Made by a program: the position numbers and the translations under genes
The notes under the pieces: model-generated
Databases searched by the model: none
What the model was told of the DNA's origin: nothing
The model's input: only the letters and a program-made list of their open reading frames with translations
Part shown: piece by piece, positions 17,109 to 26,406 of the stretch
Position numbering within the stretch: the first letter of the stretch is position 1
Layout: each line of letters begins with the position of its first letter
Source: a virus
Direction: 5' to 3' (one strand)
Virus record (IMG/VR): IMGVR_UViG_2643221492_000001
Location: 7,564 to 71,563 of that record
Length of the DNA: 64,000 nt

Positions 17109-19784
17109 ATGTCCAGTAGCGGCGATCTGCGCCTGATGGTGATCCTGCAGGCGCTGGACAAGGCCTCCGCGCCCTTCAAGAAGGTCTCCGAAAGCAGCAG
17201 CAAGGCCGCGAGGGCTCTTCGCGAGGCCCGCGACCGGCTCAAGGAACTCAACTCCCAGCAGAAGAGCGTCGGCGAGTTCCGCGAGATCCGCGCCGGTCTG
17301 CAGGACACCACCGCCAAGCTCACGGCCGCGCAGGCACGCGTCAAGCAACTTGCGCAGGGGCTGGGCGCCCTGGGCCCGCCGTCCAAGGCCATGATCCGCG
17401 ACTTCGCCGCGGCGAAGCGAGAGGCAGCAGCTCTCAGCGAACAGCACCAGCGGCAGTCCGCCCGCGTGCAGGCCCTGCGCGACAAGCTCACGGCCGCAGG
17501 CATCAGCGCGAGCGCCATGGGCACGCACGAGCGCCGGCTGCGCACCGAGATCTCGGCAGCCAACCGCGCCATCGACGAGCAGACCGCCAAGCTCAAGCAG
17601 TTGGGCGATCGGCAGCGCGCCATGCACGCCGCCAAGGCCGACTACCAGAAGGGCAAGCACCTCGGCCACAACACCGCCGTCGCTGGCGCCATCGCGGCTG
17701 GTTCGGGCTTCGCGGTGCTGCACGCCATGCGCGCACCGATCGAGGAAAGCTCCAAGTTCGCGACCGAGCAGCAGCGCATCGCGGCGCTCGGCCTGGGCGA
17801 CAAGATCACGAGTGACGCCATCAAGTATGCGAAGGCGATGGAGACCTACGGCACAAGCACCCGGGACAACCTGATGCTCGTGCGCGACGGCTTGACCGTG
17901 TTCGCCGACCTCCACCACGCCGAGATGGTGGCGCCCACGCTGGCGAAGATGAAGTTCGCTAACGAGGCGATCTACGGCGAAGAGCAGGGCCACGAGAACG
18001 AGAAGAAGTTCATGGACATGCTCAAGGTCATCGAGCTGCGCGGCGGCCTGGCCAACGAGAAGGTGTTCAAGGACCAGGCCGACAAGATCCAGCGCGTGAT
18101 CGCTGCCACCGGCGGGCGCGTGCAGGGCGAGGAATGGCTCAACGTCATCAAGACCGGCGGCGTCGCGGCCAAGGGCCTCACGGACGAGGCCCTCTACTAC
18201 CAGATGGAGCCGTTGGTGCAGGAAATGGGCGGACACCGCGTGGGCACCGCGATGATGTCGGCCTACTCCAACATCTACCAGGGCAAGACGACCAAGCGTT
18301 CGGCACAGATGCTGATGGATCTCGGTCTGATCGCCGACCCTTCGAAGGTCAAGCACGACAAGGTGGGACAGATCTCCCAGCTCGGCGTCGGCGCGCTCAA
18401 GGGCAGCGAGATCTTCCGGGAGAACCAGTTCGAGTGGATGGAAAAGATCCTGCTGCCTGCTCTTGCCGCCAAGGGCATCACCGAGAAGCAGCAGGTGCTC
18501 GACGCCATGGGGGGCATGTTCAGCAACCGCACTGCCTCCAACCTGTTCGCGCAGATGTACCTGCAGCGCGAGCAGATCCACAAGAACGCGAAGCTCAACG
18601 CCGGCGCCGATGGCATCGGCACGCTGTACGACCGCGCGCTGCAGACCTCCTCGGGCGCCGAGCTGGAGCTGGCCGCGCGGCGCAATGACCTCTACAAGCA
18701 GTTCGGCGACAGCATCATGCCGGCCTACGTCGCGGCGCTGCGGCTCGCCGCCGCCGCGATGAAGGGCCTCACGAATTGGATGGCGGCCAACCCTCGCCTC
18801 GCGCAGCTGCTGGCGACCGGCCTGGGCATCCTCGCGGTGGCGCTTGTGGCGCTCGGCGGCATCCTGCTGGTGGTGGGCCCTGCGATCCTGGGCTTCGTCG
18901 CCATGCGGTTCGCCTTCGCTGCCATGGGCATTCAGGGCGGCGTGCTCGCCCGCGTGCTGGGCCTGCTCGCCACGGGCTTCCGCCTGGCCGGCACCGCGCT
19001 GCTGTGGCTCGGCCGCGCGCTGCTGCTGAATCCCATCGGCCTCATCATCACCGCGATCGCGGTCGCCGCCTATCTGATCTACCGCTACTGGGGGCCGATC
19101 AGCGCCTTCTTCGTCGACCTGTGGAACCGTGCGAAAGCCGCCTTCGACCAATTCTGGCAGTACCTGGGCGGCTCGGTGCCTGCTGCACTCGCCACGGTCG
19201 GCGGCGCGATCCTGAACTGGTCGCCGGCCGGACTCTTCTACCAGGCGTTCGCCGAGACGATGCGCTGGTTTGGCTTCGAGCTGCCGGGGAAGTTCACCGA
19301 GTTCGGCAGCCAGATGATGCAGGGTCTGGCCAACGGCATCACGGGCGCGCTCGGGCAGGTTCAGGGCGCGATATCGGGCGCGGCAGATTCGGCCCTGGCG
19401 TGGTTCAAGGAAAAGCTCGGCATCCGCAGCCCGAGCCGGGTCTTCATGCTGGCCGGCAACGAGATCAGCAACGGGGCGGCGCTGGGCATCGCCGGCCGCG
19501 CGGGCTACGTGCGCCAGGCTGCGCTCGGCATGGCAACGGCTGCCGCCTCAGTGCTGCCCATGGGCACGGCCGGCGCGGAAGCGCTGCGCTTCGACACCCG
19601 CGCGCCGATCAGCGCCAGCGCCGGCCAGCTCGCCCCTGTCGCCGGCGCCAAATACGAGATCCACATTCACGCGGCGCCGGGCATGAGTGCTCAGGAGATT
19701 GCCCGCGCCGTGTCGATGGAGCTGGACCGCCGCGAGCGTGCGAAGAGCGCCGCCGGCCGGTCCTCGTTGTCCGACCGCGACTGA
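17109..19784 (+). CDS. tail tape measure protein (gpT)
   Basis: About 890 aa, coiled-coil N-terminus, hydrophobic helices, GIRSPSRVF; lies between E' and U. Confidence 0.92.
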   Translation: MSSSGDLRLMVILQALDKASAPFKKVSESSSKAARALREARDRLKELNSQQKSVGEFREIRAGLQDTTAKLTAAQARVKQLAQGLGALGPPSKAMIRDFAAAKREAAALSEQHQRQSARVQALRDKLTAAGISASAMGTHERRLRTEISAANRAIDEQTAKLKQLGDRQRAMHAAKADYQKGKHLGHNTAVAGAIAAGSGFAVLHAMRAPIEESSKFATEQQRIAALGLGDKITSDAIKYAKAMETYGTSTRDNLMLVRDGLTVFADLHHAEMVAPTLAKMKFANEAIYGEEQGHENEKKFMDMLKVIELRGGLANEKVFKDQADKIQRVIAATGGRVQGEEWLNVIKTGGVAAKGLTDEALYYQMEPLVQEMGGHRVGTAMMSAYSNIYQGKTTKRSAQMLMDLGLIADPSKVKHDKVGQISQLGVGALKGSEIFRENQFEWMEKILLPALAAKGITEKQQVLDAMGGMFSNRTASNLFAQMYLQREQIHKNAKLNAGADGIGTLYDRALQTSSGAELELAARRNDLYKQFGDSIMPAYVAALRLAAAAMKGLTNWMAANPRLAQLLATGLGILAVALVALGGILLVVGPAILGFVAMRFAFAAMGIQGGVLARVLGLLATGFRLAGTALLWLGRALLLNPIGLIITAIAVAAYLIYRYWGPISAFFVDLWNRAKAAFDQFWQYLGGSVPAALATVGGAILNWSPAGLFYQAFAETMRWFGFELPGKFTEFGSQMMQGLANGITGALGQVQGAISGAADSALAWFKEKLGIRSPSRVFMLAGNEISNGAALGIAGRAGYVRQAALGMATAAASVLPMGTAGAEALRFDTRAPISASAGQLAPVAGAKYEIHIHAAPGMSAQEIARAVSMELDRRERAKSAAGRSSLSDRD

Positions 19785-19795
19785 CCGGAGACCCC

Positions 19796-20248
19796 ATGAG
19801 CATGATGATGGCCTTGGGCCAATTCGTTTTCAGCCTCGACACGCTGGCCTATCAGGAGCTGCAGCGGCAGATGAAGTGGCGCCACGCCAGCAACAGCCGC
19901 ATCGGCGCGCGCCCAGCGCGGCAGTTCCTCGGCGTGGGCGACGACACCTTCAACCTGTCGGGCGTGCTGATGCCTGAGCTGACGGGCAGCACCGCTTCCC
20001 TCGACGAACTGCGCGAGATGGGCAACCTGGGCGCCTCGTGGCCGTTGGTCGACGGCATGGGCATCGTGTACGGCCTGTACATCATCGAGGGCCTCACCGA
20101 GACGAAGACGGTGTTTCTGCCGAACGGCGCGGCGCGGCGCATCGAGTTCCAGCTCCAGCTCGAGCGCGTCGACGACGAACAGACCGATTCCATCGGCGAT
20201 GACGAACAGACCGACGGCATCGGCGGCGACGAAGAGGTTGCGGCTTGA
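19796..20248 (+). CDS. tail protein U
   Basis: MMMALGQFVF, RIGARPARQFLG, RIEFQLQL. Confidence 0.9.
   Translation: MSMMMALGQFVFSLDTLAYQELQRQMKWRHASNSRIGARPARQFLGVGDDTFNLSGVLMPELTGSTASLDELREMGNLGASWPLVDGMGIVYGLYIIEGLTETKTVFLPNGAARRIEFQLQLERVDDEQTDSIGDDEQTDGIGGDEEVAA
20171..20224 (+). repeat. 27-bp imperfect tandem duplication in the gpU 3' end
   Basis: gacgacgaacagaccgattccatcggc / gatgacgaacagaccgacggcatcggc (DDEQTDSIG / DDEQTDGIG). Confidence 0.85.
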
Positions 20249-21297
20249 CGATGGACCCGCAAGACCAGGCCACCGCGCACCCTGCGCCCAGCTACCGCCT
20301 GAAGCTCGGCGAGCGGGACATCACCCCCGCCGTGGACGCGCGTCTGATCAACATGACGCTGTCCGAGTGCCGCGGCAACGAGGCCGACCAGCTCGATCTG
20401 GTGCTCGACGATCACGATGGCGCGCTGGAGATCCCCCGCAAGGGCGTCGAGCTGCAGCTCGCCATCGGCTGGAGCGGCACCGACCTGGTCGACAAAGGAA
20501 CGTTCATCGTCGACGAGGCCGAGCATTCCGGCGCGCCCGACCAGATCTGCATCCGCGCGCGCAGCGCGGAAATGCATCAGTCGTTGCGCACGCGTGTGGA
20601 GCGTAGCTTCCACGGCGTCACGCTCGGCGAGATCGTCCGGCAGATCGCCGCCCGGCACCAGCTGGTGGCACGCATCGATCCCACGCTCGGGGCCCGCCAG
20701 ATCGAGCACATCGACCAGACCAACGAAAGCGACCTGAACTTCCTCACGCGCCTGGCGAAGCTGCACGATGCCGTAGCAACGATCAAACGCGGGCGCCTGC
20801 TGTTCCTGCCCATCGTCGGCACAACCACGTCGAGCGGCGAGAGCCTGCCAGTGATCGAGATCACGAGAGCCGATGGCGACAGCCACCGCTATCACTCCAG
20901 CGACCGAGACGCGTATAGCGGCGTGCGGGCCTACTGGCACGATCCGAAGCGCGCGAAGAGGCGCGGGGTGCTGGTGGGGGTCAGCGGCAATGCGAAGCGA
21001 GTCAAGGACACGTTCGCGAACGAAGCCGACGCACGTGCAGCGGCGCAGGCCGAATGGCGGCGCATTCAGCGCGGGCTCGCGACGTTCGAACTGACGCTGG
21101 CGCTGGGCCAACCCCTGCTCACCCCTCAATCGCCGGTGAAGGTTTCAGGATGGAATAAGCCTGAGATCGACGACACGGATTGGCTGTCGGTCAAGGTACG
21201 GCACACCATGACGGGCGACGGTGGTTTCACATCTCATGCCGAGCTCGAGGTGAGCATCTCCGGAGCCACAGAAACAAGTGCCGTGGAGGACGACTAG
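20245..21297 (+). CDS. late control/tail protein D
   Basis: EADQLDL, FIVDEAEHSGAPD, DQTNESDLNFLTRLA. Confidence 0.93.
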   Translation: MTMDPQDQATAHPAPSYRLKLGERDITPAVDARLINMTLSECRGNEADQLDLVLDDHDGALEIPRKGVELQLAIGWSGTDLVDKGTFIVDEAEHSGAPDQICIRARSAEMHQSLRTRVERSFHGVTLGEIVRQIAARHQLVARIDPTLGARQIEHIDQTNESDLNFLTRLAKLHDAVATIKRGRLLFLPIVGTTTSSGESLPVIEITRADGDSHRYHSSDRDAYSGVRAYWHDPKRAKRRGVLVGVSGNAKRVKDTFANEADARAAAQAEWRRIQRGLATFELTLALGQPLLTPQSPVKVSGWNKPEIDDTDWLSVKVRHTMTGDGGFTSHAELEVSISGATETSAVEDD

Positions 21298-21377
21298 GCG
21301 GTTCGAACTGCCGAAGTCACCAATTCTCTTGGCCTGAGCTTGAACTGTATGCTCCCGAACACCTAGAGGAGCAAGAG

Positions 21378-22916
21378 ATGAGTCAACTGGTGGTTCGGAA
21401 CGTCGCTGATGCGGCACGTGGCCCAGCAATCGTCGAGCACTTTGCGATCGAGGGACTTTTCGGATACCGGTCCGTCAGTTTTTCCTCGAGCAATGCAGCA
21501 ACCGTTCTTATTGCGCGCAACGGATCGGGAAAAACGACCCTTATAGCAGCATTGGATGCTTTCTTAAGAGGTCAGTTTTCTCGATTTGCAACCGTAGCGT
21601 TCACAAAAATATATTGCCGGCTGCGCGGACTCGACTTCTGGCTGGAGGTCTCCAAGGAAATGATCGACAGCTTAATCGATTTTTCATCACAAACCGAATT
21701 ACTACTAAGCGCCAAAACGTGGGACGTGCAACCCTTTGCATTGCTCGAACTCCTGGAAACTGTTCGAGGTGCGAAAATTGATGAATTGCATGAAAATCCC
21801 ACTTTTCATGCAATATATTCGAAAACCGGATTTGACACGCAAGTCACACGTTTCCAGTGCGAAAAACTCGCTGCAGCACTTGATGATCGAGTACCCCAAC
21901 TGGCGAAGATTCGCAACACGATTCGCAAAGTACTGGGAAATACCGAAATAGTTTATCTACCGACCTACCGGCGAATTGAACTTTCTATCCCTCAGCCGGA
22001 TCAGCCGAAATATATGGGCCGAAAGAGAAACATGCTCTCACGGCTCGGAATTGCCAGAAGCGGGCTATACACCGCAGACATTCAATTTGGGCTCGGCGAC
22101 ATTTCAGATCGATTAAAAGCACTCTACTCCGAGATGCTTTCCATTTCAAATCAAGGGTACGGGAAAGTCAGTGCAAACATTATTAATGACTTGATCTCGG
22201 GGGGATACAAAAATTCAAGCGCCGATCCAAGCCTCCTGCCCACCAAAGAAGCACTTGAACTATTTTTCAACAGGATAAAGCAGGCGGAGCGCAGCTATGG
22301 AAGGACGCCATTTCGGAATTTCATTCTGAGCCCCGATTTAAATCGAGTATACAGTGGGGACGTGCCACAAGACGCCGCACCGTTCTTAAACTATTTCCTA
22401 GAGCAGTTAAATTCAATTATCCAGCAAACGAGAGGCACCGAGGAACTGGTTGAGGCGTTCATCGGAAGCTGCAACAATTATCTCTCTAACGAAGATTTTT
22501 CAACAGACAATTTCGCCGCATTCGACAATAAGCGTCTCACCTTTAATCGTCGAAATTTCAAAGTCAAAGTTATAAGCTTGGCGACCAAATCTGAAGTTCC
22601 CCTTGAGTCCCTCTCGTCAGGGGAAAAGCAGATGATTTCGCTCTTCGCCCGACTGTACCTTTACCCCGGCCCGAAGATTATCCTGATTGACGAGCCCGAG
22701 CTGTCGCTCTCATTGGACTGGCAACGCCAGATCCTGCTGGACGTGCTTAGAGCTCCCTCATGTCAGCAAACCATTGCGATCACGCACTCACCTTTCATTT
22801 TCGATAACGAGCTTGAAGCGTATGCTGGTGCGTTGCAGGTAAAGATTGACCCTCCAGAAGCCTCACTTTTCTCAGACACGGGTTTCGATGAAGATCTGGA
22901 AGGAGACGAAGAGTGA
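21378..22916 (+). CDS. ariA: ABC/AAA_21-type ATPase, PARIS AriA-like
   Basis: Walker A ARNGSGKTT, long helical insert, ABC signature LSSGEKQ, Walker B LIDEPE, ITHSP; GAGGAG RBS; AT-rich codons. Confidence 0.8.
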   Translation: MSQLVVRNVADAARGPAIVEHFAIEGLFGYRSVSFSSSNAATVLIARNGSGKTTLIAALDAFLRGQFSRFATVAFTKIYCRLRGLDFWLEVSKEMIDSLIDFSSQTELLLSAKTWDVQPFALLELLETVRGAKIDELHENPTFHAIYSKTGFDTQVTRFQCEKLAAALDDRVPQLAKIRNTIRKVLGNTEIVYLPTYRRIELSIPQPDQPKYMGRKRNMLSRLGIARSGLYTADIQFGLGDISDRLKALYSEMLSISNQGYGKVSANIINDLISGGYKNSSADPSLLPTKEALELFFNRIKQAERSYGRTPFRNFILSPDLNRVYSGDVPQDAAPFLNYFLEQLNSIIQQTRGTEELVEAFIGSCNNYLSNEDFSTDNFAAFDNKRLTFNRRNFKVKVISLATKSEVPLESLSSGEKQMISLFARLYLYPGPKIILIDEPELSLSLDWQRQILLDVLRAPSCQQTIAITHSPFIFDNELEAYAGALQVKIDPPEASLFSDTGFDEDLEGDEE

Positions 22917-23830
22917 GCGAAAGCCCAAATCAGGATGCGTTTTTCGAACGCATAAAGAAGGCAAAGGAAGTTCGAGCCGTCCGAAAAGTCGAGTTCGCCG
23001 CATTTGCCTCAGCAATACCCGAGCACAAAAAGATATTCGCCTTTGAAGGGACCGATGACCGCCTGGTATACCATTACTGGATTAAACGCCTGCGTCCAGA
23101 TTTGGAGTACGAAGCGTACCAGTGCAACGGCAAACGAAAGGTCCTGCAGTTGTTTGACAGCCTCAAGTCTGACTTAACAGGGCTCAAAAATAGAGTTTGG
23201 TATTTTATAGATCGAGATTTTGATGAACTTCAAGGGAGAAGTGCAGATAAGAAAATTTTTCTCACTGACCGTTACTCGATTGAGAATTACATTGTATGCG
23301 ACAAGGTTCTAGATGACTTGCTCAATGTCGAATTCCATTGCAACGGCCATCCGGGACATCGACAAAAGATAGTTCAAGAGTTTTTGCGCGTTTACGATCT
23401 ATTTTTGGAGTCGACGAAGGAATTAAATTTCCGAATTTATGCAGCAAGAAATTTAAATATCAAAACGAGTGATTTACCGGAAACCATTCACCTTCTCGTT
23501 AACGTATCTCTCAACGACGCAACTGTTATTGACGTGCCCTTGACGAATGTAGTTATTCTGGATCGCGAGCCGACTCCAGAGGAAATTACAATTTTGCGAA
23601 AACAATTCGATCAGCTTAACGCTCGCCACAGGTATCGCGGAAAATTCGCGATGCTTTTCTTTATAAAATGGCTTGGTCTTTTGAGGAGCGATCGTCTTAC
23701 AGATCCCTCGACGATGTTCGCCAATATTCCGCACCCCGAAAATGCTGTCGGCGGTGGTTTCTCCCTTAGTGCTTTGGCACCTAAATCTCGCGCCCCGAAT
23801 CATTTAGGCCCATTTTTGGCTTCGGTGTAA
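22913..23830 (+). CDS. ariB: TOPRIM (DUF4435-like) nuclease, PARIS AriB-like
   Basis: FAFEGTDD (TOPRIM Glu), GKRKV, FIDRDFD (DxD), YSIENY, C-terminal RGKF; 4-nt overlap with the ATPase. Confidence 0.8.
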   Translation: MSESPNQDAFFERIKKAKEVRAVRKVEFAAFASAIPEHKKIFAFEGTDDRLVYHYWIKRLRPDLEYEAYQCNGKRKVLQLFDSLKSDLTGLKNRVWYFIDRDFDELQGRSADKKIFLTDRYSIENYIVCDKVLDDLLNVEFHCNGHPGHRQKIVQEFLRVYDLFLESTKELNFRIYAARNLNIKTSDLPETIHLLVNVSLNDATVIDVPLTNVVILDREPTPEEITILRKQFDQLNARHRYRGKFAMLFFIKWLGLLRSDRLTDPSTMFANIPHPENAVGGGFSLSALAPKSRAPNHLGPFLASV

Positions 23831-24024
23831 TCGCACGCGCAGAGAACGCGGAATCCGATTTTTCATTTCGCGTCGAGCGAGAGGCGAAAAGCAGGGTCTC
23901 GCCGCTACCCAGCGTTTAAAGCAACGCTAAGGGCGCCTGCCACAGGTCGTCGATGCGGAGTTGATCGTGGCGCCAGTCCAGCTTGTGTAACGCCCACAAC
24001 AACTGAGTCCAGAGTCGCCGCCGG

Positions 24025-24369
24025 TTAACCGACTTTCTGTTTCGCGAGCGAAGAAAGCACCCTCCGGGCCGCAGCCCTTCCCTCCTCGTCGGCGTGATCG
24101 TAGTTGTCCAGCAATGCCTGCTGCTCTTGGCTGAGTGACGCTGTTGGCTTTGGCGTCCGCTGCCCCGTCAGCACATAGAGCACATCGACCCCGTGCGTCG
24201 CTGCAACAGCGAGAAAGTCCGCCTTCGGGGCAGAGTTGCCCCTCTCCCAGTCTTGCTCGGCGCGCAGCGAAACGTCGCCCAGTTCCGCAAAGGCGGTCTG
24301 CGACATCCCTAACCGCTCACGCTCTTCTCTCAAGCGCACGCCAATAGATAAGCGGATTTTTTCGTCCAT
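24025..24369 (-). CDS. XRE-family HTH prophage repressor (CI-like)
   Basis: IGVRLREERERLGMSQTAFA...WERG...GVDVLYVLTGQR. Confidence 0.9.
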   Translation of the reverse strand: MDEKIRLSIGVRLREERERLGMSQTAFAELGDVSLRAEQDWERGNSAPKADFLAVAATHGVDVLYVLTGQRTPKPTASLSQEQQALLDNYDHADEEGRAAARRVLSSLAKQKVG

Positions 24370-24373
24370 TTCG

Positions 24374-24402
24374 TTGCAATAAGCAGATTTCTGCTCTATA
24401 TT
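24374..24402 (+). promoter_or_regulatory. sigma70 early lytic promoter with a central operator palindrome
   Basis: -35 TTGCAA, 17-bp spacer, -10 TATATT; AGCAGA-TT-TCTGCT palindrome (24382-24395) in the spacer. Confidence 0.75.
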
Positions 24403-24450
24403 CCGCTTCACTGTGCAATTCTTCGTTTCACAAGCATACAGCCGACGTCC

Positions 24451-24660
24451 ATGAAGCCCGCCTCGAAGACCCGTGTCCGTCGTGCTCCAAATGGAGCAGT
24501 CAGCGACAAACCCATCGCGGTGCGACTGCACCCTGAAGAGCTGGAACGATTCAAGAGCCGCGCCGCTCGCGAGCAGCGTTCCATGGCCTCAGTGGTTCGC
24601 TTGGCCGCCCTTCGAGGTCTCGACGAATGCGACCGCACCAACACGCCGCTCACGGCCTGA
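24451..24660 (+). CDS. small DNA-binding protein (ribbon-helix-helix-like, Cro position)
   Basis: KPIAVRLHPEELERFKSRAAREQRSMASVVR; divergent from the repressor. Confidence 0.65.
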   Translation: MKPASKTRVRRAPNGAVSDKPIAVRLHPEELERFKSRAAREQRSMASVVRLAALRGLDECDRTNTPLTA

Positions 24661-24693
24661 CCTTTCCTGCAGCAATCCTCGGAAGGCTCCCCC

Positions 24694-24891
24694 ATGTACC
24701 CCGATCCCAAGCGCGTGCGCTCCAACCGCTACACGATCCGCCTCGACGACTACGAGGATGGGCTCGTTCAAGCGATGGCTGACTATCAGGGCGAGCAGCT
24801 CGCGACGTTGTTGCGCGAGCTGGCCCTGCGTGAAGCGCGGCAGGTGCTGGGGTTGGTTCATGAGCCGAGTCTCGACCGGCGAGCGGCCTGA
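24694..24891 (+). CDS. conserved P2-like phage RHH-like protein
   Basis: MYPDPKRVR..YTIRLDDYE..QGEQLATLLRELAL; RBS present. Confidence 0.7.
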   Translation: MYPDPKRVRSNRYTIRLDDYEDGLVQAMADYQGEQLATLLRELALREARQVLGLVHEPSLDRRAA

Positions 24892-24941
24892 AGGAAGGCC
24901 GCAAACAGCCGCTTCACGGCGCAAAAAGAGCAGCCGAAAAG

Positions 24942-25145
24942 ATGCCCGAGCACACCATCACCTTCAACGACGAAGACCACGCGCTGATCGAGCGCGTGCA
25001 GTTGGAACTCGGGCTGCCCACGTTTGAATCTGCTGCCGAGTGGTTGGTGAAGGCCCGCCTTCGCCGCGCTGCTCGCGCCACGACCGGGCGCGGCCGTGCC
25101 CTCTATCTCGTCGACCGGCGCCCTGCGCCCGTGGAGCCGCAATGA
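24942..25145 (+). CDS. hypothetical phage protein
   Basis: HTITFNDEDHALIERV..EWLVKARLRR..GRGRALY; coupled to ogr. Confidence 0.65.
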   Translation: MPEHTITFNDEDHALIERVQLELGLPTFESAAEWLVKARLRRAARATTGRGRALYLVDRRPAPVEPQ

Positions 25146-25465
25146 GACTGCGCTGCCCTCATTGCGACCACCTCGGCTCCATTCGAACCACCAAGGTGAT
25201 GACTGCGACCGTGTCGCACCACTACGTGGTGTGCAGCAACTTCGAATGCGGGCACACCTGGCGCGCGACCACCGAGGCGGACATGACGATCTCGCCCTCG
25301 GCCACGCCCGCCCCATCCGTGCACCTGCCTCTCGCATCGCACATGCGCCGCGACGTGCTGGCCCAGCAGATCCGCTCGGGCAACACGGCCGAGCACACGC
25401 CCCTCATGACGCCGCCGGAGACGCGTGATCTCTTCGCGCCGGCCGGCGTCGACGGGCCCTCATAG
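25142..25465 (+). CDS. ogr: Ogr/Delta-like zinc-finger late transcription activator
   Basis: CPHC..YVVCSNFECGHTW. Confidence 0.88.
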   Translation: MRLRCPHCDHLGSIRTTKVMTATVSHHYVVCSNFECGHTWRATTEADMTISPSATPAPSVHLPLASHMRRDVLAQQIRSGNTAEHTPLMTPPETRDLFAPAGVDGPS

Positions 25466-25561
25466 CGCCCAGAGCACTCCGCTCGATCCCCCTTTTCACC
25501 CAACCCCTGCGGTGCCTGTTCGGAGGCCCTGCGGGACGTGCTCACCCCGGAGGTTTCCACC

Positions 25562-25939
25562 ATGCCCACTTTCTCCCCCGCCGCGCTTGATCGTCGCCCC
25601 GCCCATGTCGCCAGCGAGCCCGAATACGCATATCAGCGCCGCTTCGGCAGTGATTCAAACGACGCGTACAGAGGCTCGAGATCAGCTGACAACCGCTCCA
25701 GCGAGGAATTCGCTCCGGCGATGGCCGCGGCGGCCGTGTACCGCGATGGGAAAACAGACCTCGCCGAGTTGCAGATTGACATGGGTCTGCATACGTGTGC
25801 GCGCTTCATTCTGAGGCTCGATACCGCCCAACTGCGCGATCTCTCCGCCCGCCTCCTTGACGCGGCGCATGACATCGAGGCCAACCCCGCAGCAGTCCTC
25901 GCCCAATCCGCCCGAGCATCGGCAGGGGTCGCATCGTGA
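25562..25939 (+). CDS. hypothetical phage protein
   Basis: GGAGG RBS; coherent frame; GTGA overlap with the next ORF. Confidence 0.55.
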   Translation: MPTFSPAALDRRPAHVASEPEYAYQRRFGSDSNDAYRGSRSADNRSSEEFAPAMAAAAVYRDGKTDLAELQIDMGLHTCARFILRLDTAQLRDLSARLLDAAHDIEANPAAVLAQSARASAGVAS

Positions 25940-26265
25940 GCGCCCGAATCCTCGACCAGAGCGGCAATCACTGGGTGCCCCACGGTCACACGATCTGCCA
26001 CAAGCAGAACGGCAACCCCGACGCGACGCCCGGTGTCGGGCTCGACGTCTACTCGTACCACAGTGCCGGCGGCAGCAACAGAAGCCATCGGCCCTTCGTG
26101 CTGGTGGTGGTCGGCTCGGGCCCGACCGCCGGCATCCTGCCCCTGCACATCACGCCGGACGATGCCCGCGCACTCGCCACGGCCTTGAACCGCGCCGCAG
26201 CCGCCGCTGATGCCGCCGACGCCGCTGTGCAGGCCCGCCGTCGCCGCCAAGAGGTGTCTGCCTGA
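25936..26265 (+). CDS. hypothetical phage protein
   Basis: GC-rich third positions; translationally coupled on both sides. Confidence 0.6.
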   Translation: MSARILDQSGNHWVPHGHTICHKQNGNPDATPGVGLDVYSYHSAGGSNRSHRPFVLVVVGSGPTAGILPLHITPDDARALATALNRAAAAADAADAAVQARRRRQEVSA

Positions 26266-26399
26266 TGCGCCAGACCTCCTTCCGCCCCGTGCAGATGCGC
26301 GCGTCGATCGCCGGCCTGCTGGCCTTCCTGCCCGCCCTTGCGGTGGTGCTGATCGCAGTCCTGCTCGGCCGCGCGCTCGCGCTGGCCGGGCTGCTCTGA
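26265..26399 (+). CDS. 44-aa membrane peptide (not in the ORF track)
   Basis: MRQTSFRPVQMRASIAGLLAFLPALAVVLIAVLLGRALALAGLL; TGATG overlap. Confidence 0.55.
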   Translation: MRQTSFRPVQMRASIAGLLAFLPALAVVLIAVLLGRALALAGLL

Positions 26400-26406
26400 G
26401 GGCTCC

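Noticed and set aside
21378-23830. Retron, Gabija, Septu or OLD assignment for the ATPase + TOPRIM pair
   Set aside because: No reverse transcriptase, UvrD helicase or HNH gene is adjacent, and ATPase and TOPRIM are separate genes; PARIS fits best
23905-24024. Possible ORF remnant (RRRLWTQLLWALHKLDW..) downstream of cI on the minus strand
   Set aside because: No start codon or RBS and too short to support
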